Shown here piece by piece: positions 56,926 through 64,000 of a stretch of DNA of 64,000 bases. The stretch lies in the sequence record NC_054909.1. One strand, 5' to 3'. This DNA comes from Escherichia phage EC121. The position numbers were made by a program, and so were the translations under genes. Under the pieces are notes generated by a model that was given only the letters and a program-made list of their open reading frames with translations, searched no databases and was not told where the DNA came from. Within the stretch, counting starts at the first letter, position 1. Each line of letters begins with the position of its first letter.

Positions 56926-57312
56926 TTATTCGAGGGAAAGAAGATACTTACTCTGGTAAAACATCCCAGTAATATCATCTATCGTGCTTTGAATGGCTGG
57001 AGGCATTTCTTTATAAATGCTGTTAGATTGGTCTAGTATGCGATCAATCATTTTAATTGTGTCGGTAGGAAGTTTACTGGCATCTGGAATTGAAGGTGTG
57101 TATTTTCTACCAGAATACCCCAAATATTGCTCACCAAATTTATCAATCAAATCTGGCAATTCGGAGAAAATAAAATCGTATGCTTTGTGTCTAGCATAAC
57201 TTTTAGTTTCAAAATGTGCAGAATGAAAATAAGCTTGTGCAGCCATTAATAAACCTAAGTATTCATCTGCCTTTGAAGGTTTTCCACTTTGTGAAAAGTC
57301 GCTGAATTTCAT
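56926..57312 (-). CDS. hypothetical protein upstream-adjacent to rI (rI.-1 position)
   Basis: 128-aa ORF overlapping the rI stop by 4 nt. Confidence 0.55.
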
Positions 57313-57602
57313 TCAGTCTCCAATTTAATGTTCATAATTCTAGCGTATGATTGTGCCATCTCCGCGCCTCGTTCTATACATTCGAAATCAGAAGAGCACG
57401 GGTCATTTTTATAGGTCGTTCTCATAAAACTATAGAATTGTTCAGATGATTCTACGCTTTTATTTTCAAAAAGCATATAAACATGTCTAATACCAGATTC
57501 CATAAATTTATCAAAATGAGGATCGACATTCGCTTCAATCGATGGAGATAAAACAAATGACAATCCTAGCATGGCAAATAGTGCCGTTGCTTTTAAGGCC
57601 AT
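57309..57602 (-). CDS. rI: lysis inhibition regulator RI (antiholin)
   Basis: 97 aa with N-terminal signal-anchor; sequence as recalled for T4 RI. Confidence 0.8.
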   Translation of the reverse strand: MALKATALFAMLGLSFVLSPSIEANVDPHFDKFMESGIRHVYMLFENKSVESSEQFYSFMRTTYKNDPCSSDFECIERGAEMAQSYARIMNIKLETE

Positions 57603-57614
57603 AAAGGCCTCCTA

Positions 57615-57827
57615 TCATTTTTGTCCTGTATTTACTTTATGCCGATGCACGGCCTTAACTTTATCAAGGTATTTTTCAAAATTTCGCAATCTAGTATAGT
57701 CTGCCGGAGATTGGTTGAGTGATACTTCTCGACGCAAAGCTGAAATGATATTTCCAACTTCCCTACGAATTTCATCTAATTGAAGCACAGTAAGATTGCG
57801 AAGTTGCTTTTCAGTTAATTGTAGCAT
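57615..57827 (-). CDS. small basic protein
   Basis: 70-aa ORF. Confidence 0.5.
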
Positions 57828-57869
57828 ATATACCCCTTTAGTTAGATAAACCTATTTATAACTTTTGCA

Positions 57870-58451
57870 CTAACCGAGCTTTTTAGTTAATTCGTTCCAG
57901 TGTTTTCTACACAAAGAAACATAAATTTCATCACCAATACAGATTTGATTACCTTCTTTAACTGGTGTTCCATCTTCCATTAATCGAGCTGTCATAATCG
58001 CTTTTTTGCCGCAATGACAAACTGCCTTTAGTTCAATAAGTTTATCTGCAATCGCTAAAAGTTCTTTAGAACCTTCAAACAATTTTCCAGCGAAATCAGT
58101 CCTTAATCCATAAGCCATAACAGGAACATTATATGTATCAACAATTCGGCTTAATTGGTGCACCTGTTCAGTTTTTAAAAACTGAGCTTCATCTACAAAT
58201 ACGCAATGAATATCTTTTTGTGCTTCAGCCCATTTATAGAACTCGAAAATATCCATATCATCTGTAATAATATTCGCTTCCTGTTTAATTCCAATGCGAG
58301 AAACGACTTCGCAGACAGAATCGCGAGTATCAATAGCAGGCTTAAGAACTAATACACCCATTCCACGTTCTTTATAATTATGTGCAGCAGTCAAAAGAGA
58401 AGCAGATTTTCCAGCATTCATTGCTGCATAAGTAAAAATTAAACTCGCCAT
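57870..58451 (-). CDS. tk: thymidine kinase
   Basis: 193 aa; P-loop AAMNAGKS and zinc-binding cysteines near the C-terminus. Confidence 0.95.
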   Translation of the reverse strand: MASLIFTYAAMNAGKSASLLTAAHNYKERGMGVLVLKPAIDTRDSVCEVVSRIGIKQEANIITDDMDIFEFYKWAEAQKDIHCVFVDEAQFLKTEQVHQLSRIVDTYNVPVMAYGLRTDFAGKLFEGSKELLAIADKLIELKAVCHCGKKAIMTARLMEDGTPVKEGNQICIGDEIYVSLCRKHWNELTKKLG

Positions 58452-58452
58452 C

Positions 58453-58641
58453 TTAGTCCTTAGTTAAATTTTCTAAATATGTTTCTAAATCATTTTCAGC
58501 TTTATCGATAGATTTTACTAATTCGTAATATGTTTCGGCATCTCCATATTCAGAAGATATTTCAAAAGACAAATCCTTTTCTAAACTAACAATTTCACTA
58601 ACTAAAAATAATATTTCGTTCTTTTGTTCGCGAGTAATCAT
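58453..58641 (-). CDS. small acidic helical protein (tk.1 position)
   Basis: 62-aa ORF; same family pattern as the 55.7-56.7 kb array. Confidence 0.5.
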   Translation of the reverse strand: MITREQKNEILFLVSEIVSLEKDLSFEISSEYGDAETYYELVKSIDKAENDLETYLENLTKD

Positions 58642-58823
58642 AATGAATTTATATAATCAATGAGTTCTTGTTCTTTATTATCGAATTCTTTAGAAAGTTC
58701 TTCGTACTCGTTTGCACTAAAAGGACCGCATTCATTACAAACTTTTTCCAATTCGCTATTTTTATCCATAACTTCGTGGATAAGAGAAAAGAGTTTGTCT
58801 TTTTGTTCTTTACTCAGACTCAT
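58638..58823 (-). CDS. small acidic helical protein (tk.2 position)
   Basis: 61-aa ORF, ATGA-coupled. Confidence 0.5.
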   Translation of the reverse strand: MSLSKEQKDKLFSLIHEVMDKNSELEKVCNECGPFSANEYEELSKEFDNKEQELIDYINSL

Positions 58824-58993
58824 ATATTAAATCCTAGAAGTTTTAAGATAATTCGCTTTTGCTTAAATATTTCCATCGTTAAATGATCAGTATCTTTTTG
58901 ACCAATTCCAATAGCAAAACCCTTATTTACGGCAAGTTCAATTAAATTATCAATATTGCGTAAAACTTCATAGCGTAACTCAAAATTATTCAT
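58820..58993 (-). CDS. small hypothetical protein (tk.3 position)
   Basis: 57-aa ORF not in the track; ATGA overlaps on both sides. Confidence 0.4.
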   Translation of the reverse strand: MNNFELRYEVLRNIDNLIELAVNKGFAIGIGQKDTDHLTMEIFKQKRIILKLLGFNI

Positions 58994-59217
58994 TTTGGTT
59001 CACCTTCTTTAACGAAATCCGGATAAGGATTAAATCCAGAATAAAATCCTTCACCTTTATGATTGCTACAACCCTTGTTCGAGCAATAGCACCAATAATC
59101 GAAATCACAAGCCATTTCATCGTTGCATAAAGCAAAAACAACCGGCCACTTACACTTTTCACAGTGGGCATTTTTAAGAATACTAGTTTGGCTCATAACC
59201 ATGTAACCTTTAAGCAA
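58990..59217 (-). CDS. Cys-rich small protein (tk.4 position)
   Basis: 75-aa ORF with about 9 Cys (HCEKCKWP...CNDEMACDFDYWCYCSNKGCSNH), likely metal-binding. Confidence 0.5.
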   Translation of the reverse strand: MLKGYMVMSQTSILKNAHCEKCKWPVVFALCNDEMACDFDYWCYCSNKGCSNHKGEGFYSGFNPYPDFVKEGEPK

Positions 59218-59405
59218 TATTCTTCTACATGTTGTTTACGACCTTTCTTATCAATAAAGGTATATTCAACGAATGTTCCAATGTAGTCTTTATCTACATC
59301 ATGTGGACTATTAATTGGACATTTAGTACGGCAAATGCGTTCCCATTGACGAATAATTACTGCTTTGTTTTTAGGATCAAACGGATGCGGGTAATGTACT
59401 TTCAT
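59193..59405 (-). CDS. small hypothetical protein
   Basis: 70-aa ORF with one CxxxC pair. Confidence 0.45.
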   Translation of the reverse strand: MKVHYPHPFDPKNKAVIIRQWERICRTKCPINSPHDVDKDYIGTFVEYTFIDKKGRKQHVEEYCLKVTWL

Positions 59406-59856
59406 AATCCACCACTATTAAATCAATATCAGGAGTAAACATGTCGATTAATTTAGAAACCTTATCCCAATCGCCGCCAGCAATACCACAACCTATACGC
59501 GGAATGTAAATTACTGGTTTAAACAAAAGGGTTTCTGCCTGTAGATTTAATTCTATCATGCAGTTTACTAAAGCACCATAATCAAGATTAGGACCTGGTT
59601 CGTATTGCGTATACAGGTTATAGCATATGCCAAAACCATTAGGTTTATGTTTAAAAACAATAGACATATCGCCTAATTTATCACGAGAACCGTACTCAGT
59701 AGTGGTTTTATCTATTTCTAAAATTTTGGGATAGGCTCTTGCTAATTGACCCGCTACGCCTGAACCCATAGTATGAAAACAATTGCACCCGTGCGCAATA
59801 ATATTACCTTGAAGAAATAGGGCGACAATATCGCCCTTGATATATTTTACAATCAT
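59377..59856 (-). CDS. macro-domain-like protein (possible ADP-ribose binding or hydrolysis)
   Basis: 159 aa; GDI...QGNIIAHGCNCFHTMGSGVAGQLA and IPRIGCGIAGGDW resemble the macro-domain nucleotide-binding loops; judged by eye. Confidence 0.5.
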   Translation of the reverse strand: MIVKYIKGDIVALFLQGNIIAHGCNCFHTMGSGVAGQLARAYPKILEIDKTTTEYGSRDKLGDMSIVFKHKPNGFGICYNLYTQYEPGPNLDYGALVNCMIELNLQAETLLFKPVIYIPRIGCGIAGGDWDKVSKLIDMFTPDIDLIVVDYESTLPASV

Positions 59857-60200
59857 CTAGTACTCAATCCTCGATTATAAGAATCTACTAAACGGTCAAC
59901 CATTGAATGACAAGCGGCTTTATCTTTCTCCTCCGCAACTGAACATTCTAAGGTATTCCACTTTTTAGCATATCGTTTTAACAATGTATCATTTTTGTAT
60001 CTGCTTGATTTATCTCTTTCTCCGTCTTTATATGCATATATTAATTTCTGCGCAAATTCAGCTTGGCATGCTTTATTTTTCCCACAATAATCCGCGGCAG
60101 TACGGTTTACATACTCTCTAATTTCAGTATATGATGTATCTGCTGATGCAGAAGCAGAAAATGAAATTAATCCTATACATAAAACCAAAATTTTAGTCAT
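59853..60200 (-). CDS. secreted protein
   Basis: 115 aa; cleavable signal peptide MTKILVLCIGLISFSASASA. Confidence 0.5.
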   Translation of the reverse strand: MTKILVLCIGLISFSASASADTSYTEIREYVNRTAADYCGKNKACQAEFAQKLIYAYKDGERDKSSRYKNDTLLKRYAKKWNTLECSVAEEKDKAACHSMVDRLVDSYNRGLSTR

Positions 60201-60738
60201 TTACTATTTCCAAAAGTTTATTATTTTTAAGGTAATTAGCCTTTTCTAGGACTTCAGAAGCATATTTAGAACCTGCTTTAACATTCCATCCCGAATTATA
60301 AGAGGATATCGCCTTTCTTATATCGCCCTTATGTATATTTAACCAATAAGAAAGTTCAATGTACGCCCAGGAAGCTGAATTGGACCGTTTATTCAACATT
60401 CTTTTTATTTCAGCATCGGTCATATTATAACCAAGTTCCTTAACTCTTGCTCGCATGGTCGGCAAATAATTTTGGAACATTCCATAGGCATGATGCTTTG
60501 GTTTAGATTTTAAATTAACTCCGGCAGAGCTTTCTTGCCATAAAATAGCAGCCATTATATGACCCAATCCGCTCTTGTGGATATTTTTGTGTGTTTTATA
60601 TTTTCCATCCTTAGAAAATTGTTCCCCGAATTGATATGCGTAACGCATGTTATCGAGTTGGACATTACTGAAAGTATGCTCGGAGCTATGTGCCATCATT
60701 GAAATGGCCAATAGACCAGCGAGTAGTGCTTTTCTCAT
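60193..60738 (-). CDS. periplasmic lytic transglycosylase-like protein
   Basis: 181 aa; signal peptide; ILWQESSAG...YGMFQ resembles the SLT catalytic E-S...G-MQ motif. Confidence 0.55.
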   Translation of the reverse strand: MRKALLAGLLAISMMAHSSEHTFSNVQLDNMRYAYQFGEQFSKDGKYKTHKNIHKSGLGHIMAAILWQESSAGVNLKSKPKHHAYGMFQNYLPTMRARVKELGYNMTDAEIKRMLNKRSNSASWAYIELSYWLNIHKGDIRKAISSYNSGWNVKAGSKYASEVLEKANYLKNNKLLEIVND

Positions 60739-60745
60739 GCTTACC

Positions 60746-61207
60746 TCATTGAGTTTTAATTACTGCTTTAGAAGCCTTTCCTGGTAAACGACGACTGTTG
60801 ATAATTGCCATCCTGCACTGAAGCGACGGGTCTTTGAACTTTGCATTAGGTTTACAAACTGTAAATCCAAGCCAAAGATTTCCATCTGTGATTTCTAAAC
60901 GCCCAGGGCGATATTCAACCCCATCAATAAAATCCTCATCAATGTCAGGACGCGGAGGCATACTCAGGAATTCATTAACTTCTAAAACATGGTCTTTTAT
61001 TTTGTGGAATAATTCAAAAACATATGTCTCATCAATCTCCCGTTGAATTGCACGATCAAGAAGATGCTGAGAATATTTTAGATGAAACGATGAGACTCCT
61101 GCTGCTTTTGATGCCTCACGAATCTCATTGTTAATTTGACGAAACTCCGACTCAAAGTGACGACGGAGCTTATTTCGACGGATAAAAACTTCTGTGTTGA
61201 TAGTCAT
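60746..61207 (-). CDS. regB: RegB endoribonuclease
   Basis: 153 aa; size, position and sequence as recalled for T4 RegB. Confidence 0.8.
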   Translation of the reverse strand: MTINTEVFIRRNKLRRHFESEFRQINNEIREASKAAGVSSFHLKYSQHLLDRAIQREIDETYVFELFHKIKDHVLEVNEFLSMPPRPDIDEDFIDGVEYRPGRLEITDGNLWLGFTVCKPNAKFKDPSLQCRMAIINSRRLPGKASKAVIKTQ

Positions 61208-61234
61208 GTTATTCTCCTCTTAACTGATAGAAAA

Positions 61235-61265
61235 ATTATACCACAGTCAAGAGGAAAAGTAAACA
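61235..61265 (-). promoter_or_regulatory. early promoter (GTTTAC, 17 nt, TATAAT)
   Basis: GTTTACTTTTCCTCTTGACTGTGGTATAAT upstream of regB. Confidence 0.55.
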
Positions 61266-61266
61266 G

Positions 61267-61587
61267 TTATTCTTTAAATCTAATCAATTTATTCATAGAC
61301 TTTGAAACTTCTTCACGAACCTCATGTAGATTTTTAAGCTGTTCAAGACGCTGCTCATAGTAAGCAATTTCATCTTCTTCGAGACAGTCCTGTGAATCTT
61401 CTTTAAGATAACGTGCGTAGTCCTGGAAAGCTTTACGGACTACTTCTTGGAAGTCATCAAGACTTTGAATTTTCTTAGGAGCAACAGATACACGACGAGG
61501 GGCAGTATAATACTCGTAACCAAACCCTGCGCTTAATTGAGCCATTAATATTTTTCCTCTGGTTGGAACACTGCGCGACAAGCCCAC
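61267..61587 (-). CDS. hypothetical helical protein
   Basis: 106-aa ORF. Confidence 0.5.
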   Translation of the reverse strand: MGLSRSVPTRGKILMAQLSAGFGYEYYTAPRRVSVAPKKIQSLDDFQEVVRKAFQDYARYLKEDSQDCLEEDEIAYYEQRLEQLKNLHEVREEVSKSMNKLIRFKE

Positions 61588-61847
61588 ATACTAGCTTCTT
61601 TGAGTTTCGTTTTAGCAATAGTTAACTGATCGAGGCTTTCAGCATAATTCTTCGCGAGTTCATCATCTTCACAGCTATCGAATGCTTCCCAGAATTCATC
61701 GTATAAAGCATCAAAGATAAGTCCTAAACGAACTTCAGCGTCTTTGATAGCATTCACTTTACCGATTTTCTCTTCAGTATGCGGCTTATAACCTTTAATG
61801 TCTTCAATCATATTTGACTTCCTCACCAGTACATAAATCATATTCAA
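61545..61847 (-). CDS. small acidic protein (vs.4 position)
   Basis: 100-aa track ORF; probable start at internal ATG ([11 protein letters not shown]...), giving about 88 aa. Confidence 0.5.
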   Translation of the reverse strand: MNMIYVLVRKSNMIEDIKGYKPHTEEKIGKVNAIKDAEVRLGLIFDALYDEFWEAFDSCEDDELAKNYAESLDQLTIAKTKLKEASMWACRAVFQPEEKY

Positions 61848-62025
61848 CTAAACGAATAGGTTCATGAATGCCATATCCTTGAACAGAAATTTCTGTCGTA
61901 GGATAAATTCCATCAATATCACCCATATTCCAGGCTTCATTAAATTGTTGTTCGCCTGAATTACTAAACCACTCGGCGAAAGCATTTAGCACATCTTTAG
62001 AACCTTCAATAATTATCTTTGCCAT
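61804..62025 (-). CDS. small hypothetical protein
   Basis: 73-aa ORF; its stop abuts the downstream start. Confidence 0.45.
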   Translation of the reverse strand: MAKIIIEGSKDVLNAFAEWFSNSGEQQFNEAWNMGDIDGIYPTTEISVQGYGIHEPIRLVEYDLCTGEEVKYD

Positions 62026-62387
62026 TACAAACTCTCAGTAAAGGTACGAGCGATAACGTCGCGCTGCTGTTCCGGAGTCAGAGAGTTAAAGCGAACTGCA
62101 TAACCGGATACACGGATGGTCAGCTGCGGATATTTTTCCGGATGCTTAACTGCATCTTCCAGAGTTTCACGACGCAGAACGTTTACGTTCAGGTGTTGAC
62201 CACCTTCAATTTTAACTGTAGGTTGTGTTTCAATTTCAATTTCACGGGCATGCAAACCGTAGAAAATTTCTGGGTCTACAAAAGAGTCCTCTTTAAAGGT
62301 TTTAGAGACAATAATTCGTGCTTGAATACCATCTTCAAAATAAATAGTACCTTTATGTGTGCCTTCAAGAATTTGATATGCTTTCAT
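62025..62387 (-). CDS. autonomous glycyl-radical cofactor (GrcA/YfiD-like)
   Basis: 120 aa; C-terminal [17 protein letters not shown] is the glycyl-radical signature shared with pyruvate formate-lyase and YfiD. Confidence 0.75.
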   Translation of the reverse strand: MKAYQILEGTHKGTIYFEDGIQARIIVSKTFKEDSFVDPEIFYGLHAREIEIETQPTVKIEGGQHLNVNVLRRETLEDAVKHPEKYPQLTIRVSGYAVRFNSLTPEQQRDVIARTFTESL

Positions 62388-62394
62388 ATAAACC

Positions 62395-62724
62395 TCAATT
62401 AGAAAATAAATTTATCCAAGATTGTTCTTTAATTAAAAATGGCTCAGAATCATATGCCATTAAACTTTGGGTGATTAGTCCTTTAAAAGGTCCATCAATA
62501 AATTCCATGGTAAAATATGGAATTTTATTCATTAACTGCGCGTTAGGAGCAGTGCACAAAACTCTGCATCCTTTGAATACGCCTTTTTGTAATTTGTATT
62601 GCTTGGGATAAAATTCGCTCAAAATGTTATTATTTGCCAAAATTTCAAAATGATTCACCAATTTATTTTTAATAGTTTTTGGCGAAAAATAAAGATATTC
62701 GAAAAGCTGTGTGTCTGTCATCAT
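62395..62724 (-). CDS. hypothetical protein
   Basis: 109-aa ORF. Confidence 0.5.
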   Translation of the reverse strand: MMTDTQLFEYLYFSPKTIKNKLVNHFEILANNNILSEFYPKQYKLQKGVFKGCRVLCTAPNAQLMNKIPYFTMEFIDGPFKGLITQSLMAYDSEPFLIKEQSWINLFSN

Positions 62725-63311
62725 TGCATTCCAATCACAAAAAATTGAGGACGAACTGTTTCACCTGTTTCAGCATTATAGCTTCGACAACAGTGTTGTA
62801 CCGTTTTAATATGGATATTGTAAATCTTATCCATATCAGGAGCTTTAATAGGTTCGTCAATTATGTACAAGATACGAGAAAGCGATAACCCACGGAATTT
62901 ATGACCTTCATTACCGATAAAACTACGGACAGAATCAGTAAATAAACGGAATCGAATATCATCATTAGAATAACGCGAAAATTCCTTTTTAATGTTATTT
63001 GCAGAAATTTTAGCGTAAGCTGAAGTATTAGAAAGAACAATAACTGTTCCGCCATCATACAACCAATTAGCAGCAAAGTTAGTCACAGCAATTGATTTAC
63101 CGGATTGACGTCCACCATCTAGTCGAAGTGTACAATACTGTTTAAGTAAGTCTTCAAATGGCGGGATATATTCGTTTTTACAAATTTCTTCTACTCTAGC
63201 ATCAGAATGGTGTGTAAAAGCATTCATCAGGGATAGATAAGGACCGGTTAAAAATGTTCTCATTTTATTCTCTCTAAGTTTGGGCCATTCCGTGGCGCAT
63301 GAATTGTCCAT
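62721..63311 (-). CDS. hypothetical protein with P-loop-like motif
   Basis: 196 aa; GGRQSGKS resembles Walker A. Confidence 0.5.
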   Translation of the reverse strand: MDNSCATEWPKLRENKMRTFLTGPYLSLMNAFTHHSDARVEEICKNEYIPPFEDLLKQYCTLRLDGGRQSGKSIAVTNFAANWLYDGGTVIVLSNTSAYAKISANNIKKEFSRYSNDDIRFRLFTDSVRSFIGNEGHKFRGLSLSRILYIIDEPIKAPDMDKIYNIHIKTVQHCCRSYNAETGETVRPQFFVIGMQ

Positions 63312-63404
63312 TTCTGCATTTACCCATTACCGCACTTGGGCTCGACCTTATCACAGGTTGGCGGGAATCCCTCACAGAATCATGAGGTCCAGGTTGTTCC
63401 CATA

Positions 63405-63878
63405 TTATTTGAACGATTTAACGTACTGAATAGAACCCTTACTATTCACGAAAGCGATTTTACCATTTTTGTTATACATGGTAGCAGTACGTTGATAACC
63501 ATAAGTTTGTTTACCAGATTGATAACCAACTAATGCAAAATTATCTTCACCCATTTTATTCTGCTTAGCGCGAATGCGTTCATGGCCATGTGCCATAAGA
63601 ACCTTAGCATCACCCGTTGCAATGGATCTACGAGTTTTTTCATCTTCAACTGTATTAACAAAGTCGTCAAATGAATCAAATTTAGCATGAGATTTATTAT
63701 ACAGTTTTCCATCTACTGCATAATTATATCCTTGTACATCCATCTCAACTTCTGTACCGTCATCCAATACAGCAGTGATTTTCTGTCCTTTTTTAAATTT
63801 CAAAAGATCAGTAAAAGATTCAGCAATAATTTGAGAATTAATAGCTGCTTCAGTAATAAATTCTTGATATGTTTTCAT
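63405..63878 (-). CDS. hypothetical protein
   Basis: 157-aa ORF; does not match recalled T4 DenV. Confidence 0.5.
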   Translation of the reverse strand: MKTYQEFITEAAINSQIIAESFTDLLKFKKGQKITAVLDDGTEVEMDVQGYNYAVDGKLYNKSHAKFDSFDDFVNTVEDEKTRRSIATGDAKVLMAHGHERIRAKQNKMGEDNFALVGYQSGKQTYGYQRTATMYNKNGKIAFVNSKGSIQYVKSFK

Positions 63879-64000
63879 GTGTATCCTTTAATTTTTATTC
63901 TTTAGGGAAGTTTTTAGAATATGCATCATAAAGCTTATTTCCAATACGGCGGAAAACTCTAGCCGCAAAACGATTTTCTGGGTTTTTAATCATGATTTGC

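Noticed and set aside
63312-63404. tRNA gene in the GC-rich intergenic segment.
   Set aside because: I could not identify acceptor, D, anticodon and T arms with canonical lengths or a GTTC T-loop; kept only as an unexplained structured region.
63892-63993. Short minus-strand ORF (about 32 aa, MIKNPENRFAARVF...) at the window edge.
   Set aside because: Too short and its upstream signals fall outside the window; cannot be supported.
1-64000. CRISPR array or long tandem repeats.
   Set aside because: No regularly spaced direct repeats with unique spacers were seen; the repeats present are dispersed promoter/hairpin cassettes.

Overview
This window reads as a 64-kb early/middle-gene segment of a T4-like (T-even, Tequatrovirus-type) coliphage, running from the stop codon of rIIA (position 1) to the tk/regB/vs region. 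Almost every gene is on the minus strand, tightly packed, often with ATGA stop-start overlaps. Identifications rest on reading the translated ORFs and on recalled T4 protein sequences and lengths; no database search was run. Confidently recognised genes include rIIA, topoisomerase II gp39, dexA, dda, modA/modB, soc, dCTPase gp56, primase gp61, spackle, helicase gp41, uvsX, dCMP hydroxymethylase gp42, imm, DNA polymerase gp43, regA, clamp loader gp62/gp44, clamp gp45, rpbA, gp46/gp47, alpha-glucosyltransferase, sigma factor gp55, nrdH/nrdG/nrdD, endonuclease VII, thioredoxin nrdC, rI, tk and regB. The phage is not T4 itself: gene 39 is one uninterrupted ORF (no gene-60 split, no mobA), nrdD is intronless with a free-standing GIY-YIG endonuclease beside it, the beta-glucosyltransferase slot holds a different GT-A-type glycosyltransferase, no dam gene sits between 56 and 61, and there are four homing-endonuclease-like genes at non-T4 positions. 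The most notable items are a macro-domain protein in a genome that also encodes ADP-ribosyltransferases, a nucleotidyltransferase-fold protein next to a P-loop ATPase whose 5-prime end looks frameshifted, and a repeated hairpin-promoter-leader cassette family. ORF-track coordinates are used for tracked ORFs; in a few places my reading of the printed numbering differed from the track by 1 nt, so self-derived coordinates (small ORFs, promoters, hairpins) should be taken as accurate to within a few nucleotides. Several ORF-track starts are TTG/GTG over-extensions and were trimmed to the ATG with a Shine-Dalgarno sequence.
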